Of a stretch of DNA of 34,132 nt, positions 9,777-19,800 are shown in pieces. Within the stretch, counting starts at the first letter, position 1, and each line of letters opens with the position of its first letter. A program made the position numbers and the translations under genes. The notes under the pieces are model-generated. The model saw only the letters and a program-made list of their open reading frames with translations, was not told the DNA's origin and ran no database searches. The DNA is from a virus (lineage: Duplodnaviria; Caudoviricetes), in the IMG/VR virus record IMGVR_UViG_3300042299_000163, positions 1 through 34,132 of that record, one strand, 5' to 3'.

Positions 9777-10883
9777 TTACTTGTTTTGTTCTTCAAAAGC
9801 TTGTGCAGCAGATTGATAAATAATTTGATCATTTTTATATTGATTAAAAAAGATATCAGAGTTCTGAGAAGTTTTATTAACATATGTTATATAACTTAAT
9901 TTTACATTGGTTACGTCATCAGCAGACGCTGAAACTTGTTCAGAAACTAGCTTGCTAGTATCTGGAGAATAAGAAAAACTAAATAATTTAATATAATTAT
10001 AAGATTCTGAACTTTCTGGAATCGGTCCTACAAAATTACTATTAAAACCTGGCTTTCTATTAAATAACAAAGGAGTTCCATCGCCAGCCTCTAAAGGAGT
10101 TAATAATGGACCATTGAAAGTAAAAGTTTGTGTATAAATTGGTTGATCTTCGAAAACTGTTCCAAAAACATCGATTGTAAATGGATCTGCAATACCAGTT
10201 ACTAACATATCTGTCATTCTTTTTGTTTCGTAATCATCCACTTCAAGGGTGAAATCCACCATAACTTCAATAGGATATTTTATAGAAACCTGAATTGGCT
10301 TTATAGAATTTACGCCATATATAACATCGTAATTTATATTACTAGAGAAAGAAAAAGATTTAACTCTATTTGTACTACTGTTTCTGCAAGACAAAACAAT
10401 GTTTGCAGGATATATTGGTATATCTTCTGCATCATTATAATCACCTGTTGCATTCAATGTTCCATCTATTCCTACAAATTGAGGATTAGAAGAGTTTGAT
10501 AAATACATTCCGCTTCCAATGTCTCCATAAACTTTTATACCAATATTAGTTTGCGGAACGTCTCCATAAGATACATCATATGAATAAGAAGATAAATAAC
10601 CATCTTCAAATCCAAATATCTTATCTCCATAATTTAAAGAGCCTCGCAACCTTTCCACAACTCCTGTAAAAGGATTAAAGATATCAGCAAAAGCAATATT
10701 TCTACTTATAGAAAAATCAGCCTGTGGAACATCGGCGATAACAGTTTTAATCGCTCCTTGACCAAGCACATTTATTGGCATAACTGAATGAGTATACGAT
10801 CCATCAACAGAAGTAACACCTTTTAGTTTTACTCCTTCCAAAAATACTTTTTGATTATATTGTGCTTGAGCTTTATTTTTCAT
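9777..10883 (-). CDS. Tail-tube-like baseplate protein (paralog of the major tail protein)
   Basis: Aligns by eye with 24041..25468 (DGYLSSYSYDVSYGDVP vs NGFVTNYQFTASVGEVP; IYPANIVL vs LRPGDIVL; RVKSFSFS vs NIQSFGFS); directly downstream of the TMP. Confidence 0.6.
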   Translation of the reverse strand: MKNKAQAQYNQKVFLEGVKLKGVTSVDGSYTHSVMPINVLGQGAIKTVIADVPQADFSISRNIAFADIFNPFTGVVERLRGSLNYGDKIFGFEDGYLSSYSYDVSYGDVPQTNIGIKVYGDIGSGMYLSNSSNPQFVGIDGTLNATGDYNDAEDIPIYPANIVLSCRNSSTNRVKSFSFSSNINYDVIYGVNSIKPIQVSIKYPIEVMVDFTLEVDDYETKRMTDMLVTGIADPFTIDVFGTVFEDQPIYTQTFTFNGPLLTPLEAGDGTPLLFNRKPGFNSNFVGPIPESSESYNYIKLFSFSYSPDTSKLVSEQVSASADDVTNVKLSYITYVNKTSQNSDIFFNQYKNDQIIYQSAAQAFEEQNK

Positions 10884-10886
10884 TTG

Positions 10887-13800
10887 TTATTTTTTCTTTG
10901 TGGAATCCAACAAGCCGCCAGTTCTTTGCTCATTTGTGATAACTTGTAGAACAACTTCTTTAATCTTGTTACCCAAAGCTCTGTTTTTATCGTCTCCTCC
11001 GTCAGCAGAAGACTGTTCATTCTGAGCTTTACCATCTGTAGCATTAACTGTAATATTAACGCTAACATTATTGGAAGTTGAAGATTCTGTATTGGCGTTT
11101 GTTTTTGCTGTGTCACCAACCAAACCTCCATCTTGGAATCTAGCGACTCCAGAATTGATTCTATTTAGTCCGCCAACTCCATACTTTCTAACGGCTTTAC
11201 TATTAACAATATATTCGCCGCCACTTAGTAAAGCTGGAATACTATCGTTTAATCTGTTTCCATAAGGAAGATAACCACCATTTGCAAATCGTTTTCCTGA
11301 AAATAAACCACCCGTTTGACCGCCAGTTCCTATGGCTAAAGATGTCGTACTTGATGATCCAACTCCATATCCTAAATCAGCTGGTTTATCAATTCCTGGA
11401 CCTTTAGGTGCTGATGCTCCACCTGCACCTTTTGGACCCATTCCTTTAGCTAAAGAACCGACACCCATCATTAATCCAGTTGTCAAAGCTGTACCAATTA
11501 AAGATCTTATTAATGCGCTTCTTTGGGCTTTCTTTGCATCTTTTTTGGCTTGTTCTGCTCTTATTCTTTCTAAATATTTTTGATATTCAGGATTATTTTC
11601 TTTTCCAAACTCACTTAATTCAGCAAAAGGTTCATTCATTGAAGCAGCAGCTTGCATACTTCCAGTGTTTCCACCATTAGCAAATCTTCTAGCTCCAACG
11701 CCAAATCTTGGAAACATCCCAAAATTAAGTTTATCTATTTCTTTTGGACCACCCAAAGCTTTAACTGTTTTTCTATTTAATACATATTCTCCATCTTCAA
11801 GCATGGCTGGATTAACGTCACCAGTTCTTCCAGCATCGCTAATATACATGCCAGCCTGAGCGTGTATGACCCCACCTTTTTGCTTACCAATTGCAAAACC
11901 TGCTCCACTGACTATCTGATTAGCAATTTGTTGGAACATTGCATTTTGTATACTCTTTAAGAATCCTCCAGCGACTTCTAACAACGCACTTCCAAGATCA
12001 TCAGTCCTGTTTATTGCAGCATCCATGGCTCCAACCAAACCATCTCTGAAAGCGGTTACGGTTGTTCCTCCAAGCCTTTCTTCAAAAGTATCAATTTCTG
12101 TTCTTATGTCTCCAAGAGCTTTAGAAACTCCTGTACCAAATTTACCCCTCTTTTCTCTATCTTTATCAAGTTGATTTTGACGAGTTTTTTCTGTTGTTAT
12201 TTTTTCTTGTATAGAAAGGTTTGCATTGTCAACATCATTGACAACGCTTCTTTGTTTAGCTATTTGTTCATCAAGAGTTTTTAACTTTTGAGATTGCTCA
12301 AGAGTTAAATTTCCTTCTTCTGATTGAATAACTAGACTTTCCTTTTGATCTTCTAAAGTCTGCAAAATCTTTCTTTCTTCTGAAGCTCTTTCTTTTAAAT
12401 AATTAACTGGATCTTTTATAGAAGACAAATCCATTGAACCAAAAGATCCTCCTTTAGTTCTGCGGTTTTGCAATTCTTGTCTAGCGACTTGCATTTCTAT
12501 CTGCCTATTTCTTAAGTCGGAAGCCGCTTTGCCAGAAGCGTATTCAGAAGAAGAAAGAATTTTTTGTTTTTCTTCTTCTAATTTTTTTCTCTCTTTTTGC
12601 ACAATTAAAGGATCTCTTTGCATTGCTTCATCAGATATAGTTGATCCAACATTTTGAATTTGCTTGTCAAGCTCTGCAATTTTATTGGTCTGTGTTTCAA
12701 AATTTTTAGCGCCTTCCTGTGTCATAGCCATAATCAAGTCTTCTATAGCTGTTGTATTTTGCAATGTCGCATCAGTATTATCGGCAAATACTTCTCTTTG
12801 TATTCTAGCTATTTCTGCATCAGCAATTGCTTGTCTCGCTTCTAACTCAAAACCTTTTTGAGTATTCTGCGCTTCTCTAGCTCTCTTTTCATCACTAATA
12901 GCAAATTCCCCTCTTCCAAGCATGAAATAAGGACTTTCTGTTTCGATGCGACTTCTTTCGATCTCAGCTTGTCCTTTAATCTGAATCTGTTTATTTTGAT
13001 TAGTAATGCTATCTACTAATTCTTTTTCGCGTAAAGTATTTTTATAACGTCTTTCTGAAAGATCGTAATCTAGTTTTCCAACAGCAGTTTTTAATTCCAA
13101 AGATTTATTAGCATAAGCCTGTTCGGCCATAAAAGTTTTACGCGCATTGTCGTCTTTATTTTTAGCCGCTTTTTCTTCTAAACTTGTAGTTAAATTAAAA
13201 GCTTGTATAGCTCTTTTTGATTCTTCTCCTTTTTTAAGACCAGATATAGTAGAGATGTCAACTTTTCCTGTTTTTTGAAAAGCTTCTACAACTTGATCTA
13301 TATTTCCAGCAGCGGTTTCTTCTAAAGCTCCTTGAAGAACAGTGACTAGTTCTTTTGATCTGCCTAAAGTTCTAGATTGTTTTTGCAATTCAAAACCCCT
13401 TTCAAAATTCGCAGCATCAAAATCCAACATTTTCTTTTGTTGAATATTTGCAGTTTCTCCAACTAATAAATCAAATTGATTTTTAAAAGCATTATCTATA
13501 TTTTTAGAGATGGCGGCTAATCCATCATTAATTAATTGAGATGATTTTTCTAAATTTAGTTTTCCAAAACTCTTTTCAAAATCATAATTTTCAATCTGCA
13601 TTGCTGTATTTGCAATAGCTTGTTCGATAGCCTGAGAATATTGAAATAGCTTTTGACGAACACCTTCTTGTCTTTGTGCAATTTCTTTTTGAGCTTTAGC
13701 GGCTTCTGCTGCTGTTTTATATTTTCCGCTTACTAAACCTTCAATAATTTTATCAAAATTATTAACTATAAATTTTCCATAGTCACCATTATCTTTTGCT

Positions 13801-16800
13801 ACTTCTTGAAGTTGAATAGCTAAAGCATTTGCGTCTACTCCAGTAACATTATACTTTTTAAGCATATCAGACAATTCTCCTTGATTAAAAACCAAATCAG
13901 AAAATTGAGATTTAAATTCTGTTGCAAATTCTGCAAAATTTCCTTCTAACTGGTTTTGAACATTCTCTAAATCAGCAAAAAGTTGACTATTTTGAGTAAC
14001 TATCTTTTTAAAATTAGCTTCTCCAGCTTCTCCTGTGCTAGCTATCACATCTTCCATCACCACATAACTTGAAGTAGCGCCGCCAAGACCTTGATTTTGA
14101 GCGTATTTAGTTACTGCCGCTTTTTCTGTTCTCAAAATTCCCTTTTTACCCAATTCTTCAATAGATAAATCCTTTTTAGACATTCTATTTGCCGATTCAG
14201 CAACTCTCTTAGCGCCAGCCATTCTTTCCATTTCATAAGCTTTTATAGCTTCTGTCATTTTTTCGACATCAGATCCAGCTTCTCTAAATTTTTCATCTAG
14301 ACCTGTTTCTGATATTTTAACGAAATATTCTTCTAATTTTTGATTTGCATCGAACGCCTCTAAAGAATTAGGATCTAAATTTCCTAAAGCTTTTACTGTA
14401 TCTATGATACCTTTTCCAGATTGAATTGCTTCTTGAGTTTGATTTCTATAATTTTCAGCTTTCTTTTGTAAATCTTCAAGATTATCAGAAGCTCCGAATG
14501 CTGCTGTTCCCAATCCTACAATCGCTCCAGTTGCTGCACCAATAGCTGGACCAAAAGGAGCTAATGGTCCAAGAATAGGCGCTAAAGCTGTTCCTAAAGA
14601 AGCTCCAGTACTTATGTTTGTTAATCCAGAACTTATAGCAGAACCCGCAAATCTTTCTCCAACAGACATTTCAGATCTGTCACGACCCCTTGTAATGGCG
14701 CTTTCAAGTTGCCCAGCAATTAACGGAGCGCCTAAAGTGAAAGCTAAATTATTACCAATCCCTTGAGCAAATGTGTTAGCTTTTCTACCAAAACTTGATG
14801 CTCTTAATCTAGCAGACTGTAATGCTGTTGGATTAGGTGGCCCAAGAGGAACTGCCGCCGCTGCCGTTGTTGCGGTATTTTGTTGAGGCATTGGCCCAAT
14901 AAAAGCTTGTGCTGCTTTTTTTTCTGCTTTCGCATGTGCAACCACTTCTTTTTTTAATTTTTCAAATTCTTGACCAGTTAATCCTAATGTTTTATATAAA
15001 CCGTCTAAAGCTTTTCTAATGTCGCCATTCGAAATAGTTAAAATATCAATAGATTTTAAATAATTATTTATTGCTTGTTCAACTTTAGCATTTCCAGCAT
15101 ATCCTTTTCCTGTTAAAGTTATAGGATTAGGCGCAGCAAAATTAGGTATATTACCATTAGCCATCAATCCAGCAGCTTTTTGTCCAGCCATTGAATCACT
15201 CAATGCATTTTTAACTCCACCATGATCTGCTACCGCTGAAGCAAAATTTGGTTGGCTGCTATTTCTAACGAATGGAAAAGGTCCAGTAGTTTTATCAAGA
15301 ATAGCTTTATTTCCGCTCATGCTTTCTTCCAAGCTCATTACTGCTTGTTGATAAGCGAAATTAGGAATGAAACCAGACGCCATATTATTTTTAACAAGCT
15401 CATCTAATTTAGATTTTTTAAATTGATAAGCGTATTGTAGAGACCAAATAGGATCATTTTCAGAAGGCCATGTAGATTTATATTTTGATAAATCTTGTGG
15501 ATTCATTGGAAACTCGTAGCTGCCTCCATTGAATGCTGGATCTAAAAACCAATTTTTCATTGGCAATTTTTTACTGTTTACATCGCCTGTTCTTAATTTT
15601 CTATAACCATCCCAAATTCTTTTAGCCTTGTCGCTAACTGTTAATCTATCGGATGTTAACCAACCTCCTCTTTTTGATATTTCGGCCAATACCGCATCAT
15701 ATAAAGGAATTCCAAACCCAGAACCTTGAATGTTTACAGCAGAAGATCCAACAGAATATAAATCTGTAGTTTGAGGAATAGGAAAAGCTATAACGCCACC
15801 TGTTAATTTTTTACCTTTTACTTCTGAATTTTTACTATAAAAAGATTCAACTGCGTCTTTGCCAGAGTTTATTTTAATTTTTGGATCAGCAAAATTAGGA
15901 ATAAAACCTTCATTTCTAAACGCTGCCAAAGGTGAAATGCGTTTAGCTTTCGTTGGAATTGGTTTCGGAATTCTAGTTTGTACAGCATTAAGTTTAGCTA
16001 AAATTTTTGCTTTTACATTTGGATCTTGTAAAGCTTCTTGTTGTTTCTCAGAATAATCCCACGTTATTGTTCCATTAGGATATATAAACCCTCTAACTAA
16101 ATTAGGAAGTTCAGCAAAATCATAATCATTAATATCTGCGCCAGCAGTTTTTAGTTCTGCATTGTATGCGTCTTTGTGATATAAATATTCTTTTCCTTTT
16201 ATTCCTGGTTGAGCATAAGCTTCTTTTCCGGTTTTTAAATCATGAACAATTGGACGTAAATTATTTTGCATCATATTTTCACGCATTCTGTCACCCATAC
16301 TAAAGTTAGGAATAAAACCTCCACTCAATCCTTTATTATTTCTCCAATTACTTTCTATTTCTGATTCATGACCTGCGATTTTATCAGCATAAAAGCTTAT
16401 TAATTTATTAGTAATTGTTTTAGCTTTGTCAACTCCGAGTCTCTTTAATAATCCTTTAGTAAGAAAATCAGTTCCTTTATACATGTTTGAATAAACGCGA
16501 GTACGTCTACCCAAAGTAGAACCGGGATTTTGAGTTTCAAAATCTTGTTCTTTTTTAAGTATATCTTTTGTTTTCCAGTTTTCTTCTGTTCCACCTTTTA
16601 TTTCAATGCCGCCAATTCTTCCTGCTCTATTTCTAATAAGAGCATCCATTGGAGCAGTATTTGCTGCTTTGAAAGGATCAAATTTTGTAGGATTTCCATA
16701 TTTATCTCGCATTGGAAAACCAGCTTCTTCAGCATCTTTAATAGATTTATTTTTAGTAACCTCATTTAAAATATCACGAACGTATTCTTCGTATAAATAA

Positions 16801-19800
16801 CTAAACAATGGAGAATTTCCAGTTGTAATATTTTTATTATTTCCATGAGTTAAGAAATTTAACTCTCTGAACATTTCAGAACCAGCAATCAATTTTCTTT
16901 CACCAGTATATGGATTGTAATCCATATTTTGACTTGTATTTTTTAAATCAATATCATTAAACCAAGGAAATCTATTAAACCATTCTTTATTAGCAAAAGA
17001 TTTTAACCAAGGAAGTCTTGTGACTTTTGGAGATAAACCTGTTGCAAAATTTGGAATAAATCCATTTGCTGAAACACCTAAACTTGCTAATCTGGCTTCT
17101 TTTGTACCGGGTTTTGCTGAGTAAACTTGATTTCTTTTTTGTATGCCCCAAATGCTAGATATATATTCTGGCATACCTGGAGTTTCATCAGAAGCCGTCA
17201 TTAATCCAAGTAAACTTGGATCAATTATTTTTTGTTGTATTTTTTGACGTAATAATTCACCAAACTGAGTAAGTTTAGATCCTTTAACATCTTTCAATCT
17301 AGCTTCTTTATCCAAAAACATTTTTTGCAAAACACCTTTTTTCTGTTCTGGTGCGACTTTAGCGTAAGCTATGTCACCCATTGTTCTGACTAACGTTCTA
17401 TCAAAATCCAAATACGTCATTTGACGTTTTCTTTGTCTATCTAAAATATTTTGTATAGCTTTATCTGGAATTGGGCCAATCGCAGTTCCACCGGGAAATG
17501 CGTGTTTATCAAAATAATTATCATCTATTATTGGAGAAAAGTTAGGTATAAAACCAGAATTATAAGCCAAACCAGAACCATAAGGCTGAACCACTACTAA
17601 TCTTCCAAAATTTTCTGGACCTGTTTTATCGTCTGCCTTTAAAGAACTGCTACGAATTCCTTTTCTTATTAATTGATCAAGTTCAGCTTGCCCACCTTTA
17701 GCTTCCAATGGTGGTAATGACAAATTGTATTTATCGCCGACTAAATCAACAGCGCTATATTCATTATCCGCTAAAACATAACCTTTTAAATTATTTAAAA
17801 GAATACCTTCATAAAATGAACCAATAAAATTATTTTTATCACCAGACAAAGATTCTTGAAAATCCTTTGGTGTTTTTAATTCCCTTTTGGTTTTAACAGT
17901 TTTAAATGTTTTATTTTGCAAAGGTTGTCCACCAATAGAACGATTATATTTGTCTCTTAAATCTTGAAGAGAAACATTATTTTTTAATAAAGCACGATTG
18001 AATGCTTGTTTAGTTAAATCAGGAGATAATAAAAGTTTTAAAATTGAATCGTCAGGCGAATAATCATTTTTACCAGATGTAACTTTTTCCCAAATAGAAT
18101 CTACAGCATTAGTAAGCATTTCTTTTTCAAGAAACTTGACAATTTTTATCTGGCCATAAATTTGATCAAAATACTTATTTCTAGTTGGAATTTCGTCTGC
18201 ATTAGAATAACCAGCATCTATTTTTGTGCCTTTAAAATCTAAATTTAAATCAGCGTTCAAACGATCAGATGGTAAACCATCAATATTTAAAGAATAAGAA
18301 TTTCTTAATTTATTAGGAGTTTTACCTTTAACTACGTTATCATATTTTTCCTCTACATATGCTTGCGGAATTGCAAAATTAGGTAAAAATCCGTTAGCAG
18401 CATATGGATCAACGCCTGTTTGATTTATAGATTTTATTCTATGCATACGACCCGCTTTTGATCCTGCTGGAGGATTAATAAAAGGTTGAGCGAAACCGGG
18501 AATATATTTTATTTTTTCTGCGGTATTCATTACTCCACCAACTGGAGCGTTTATAACTTTTCCAGCTTTGTACCCACCAATCGCCGCACCCATTACTTCA
18601 GCATTTTGAACGTCTCTTGGAATATATCCACCTGCTTTTATTTTTCCAACTTGCAATCCAGCTTGCCCTACTGTAATATTGCGAGGAGTTAAAGCAGCAG
18701 CTAATTGTTTTGCTGTGGCTAATTGTTGCTGATATTCTGCTGTTTGAGCTTGAGCTAAATTAAATAAAGTTTGAGATTGAGCTACAAGATTTCCTTGTTG
18801 ACCTCTTAAAGCTAAAGATACTTGAGATTGACTTTGGATAATCTTTAAAACCGCTTCTTCAATATTTTTTCTCTTTTGTGTTTCGGTAGTGATTCCGAAT
18901 AAAGCTGGCAGCGCTGAACTTGCATAACTAAAAGTATTTGTAATTACTTTTCCAATTACTGCGACTGCGCCAACTAAACCGGGACCACTCAATATATTTT
19001 TAATTCCAAGTAATAAACCATTTGCAAATTGAGAACCAATGCCTTCTCCTTCTAAAAGATCATTAATATAAGTTACTGCGTCGTTGAAAGGACTTACCAA
19101 ACTCTTGAAAACAGGTTCAAAAGTTACTTTACCAATATTATTACTTAACTGTTGAAGATTTGTTCCTGTTTGAGATATTAGTGCAGCTAAAGTTAAATTT
19201 AGTTTAGCGTTAGCTTGTTCAGCCTCGTTTGTAGCTTGCGTTCCGTAATCTAAAGCTCTATTATAAACTCCTTGTTTTTCATTAAGATCTGTTACTATAG
19301 ATTTTAATATGTTTACTTGATAAACACCAGCAACCTGTTCAGAAAGGCTGGCTTTTTGAGCTGAACTTAAATCTTTATAAGCTCCAGCGAAATTTTGTAA
19401 TATTTGTATAGCTGGCAAAACATTTCCTTCGATATCTCTTACGGCAATATTAAAATTTTCCAACTGATCCAAAGTTTCAGTTCTTTGTAAACGAGTAAAA
19501 ATTGTTTTAAGAGCGTTACCGATAACCGCACCACCACGGGCAGTTTTTTCCTGAGCAGAAGCGACCAAAGCGTTCAACTGATCGAAATTAACACCAGCTT
19601 CTTTTGCGGCCTGACCTGTTCTAGAAACGGCTGAAGTCAAATCGTCTGCTGAAACTGCAAATTGTTGTTCTACTGCTACAATTTTATTTAAAATATCGTT
19701 TGTAGTTAATCCTGTTTCTTTGAAAGCGTTTGTAGCAGCAGTCAAATCTTCTACGGCTTGAGTAGCTGATACTCCAGTAAGACGAACAAGAGTCATTGCA

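Noticed and set aside
10880-11131. 83-aa alternative-frame ORF overlapping the TMP C-terminus and ending on the next gene's ATG
   Set aside because: No recognisable motif or slippery site; the TMP frame has a typical C-terminus, so this is probably a shadow ORF.
15135-18392. GFIPNF repeats as a CRISPR array, intein boundaries or DGR repeats
   Set aside because: Spacing is 200-800 nt and in-frame with synonymous variation. There are no Cys/Ser...His-Asn intein ends, and no reverse transcriptase or adenine-specific TR/VR pair in the window.
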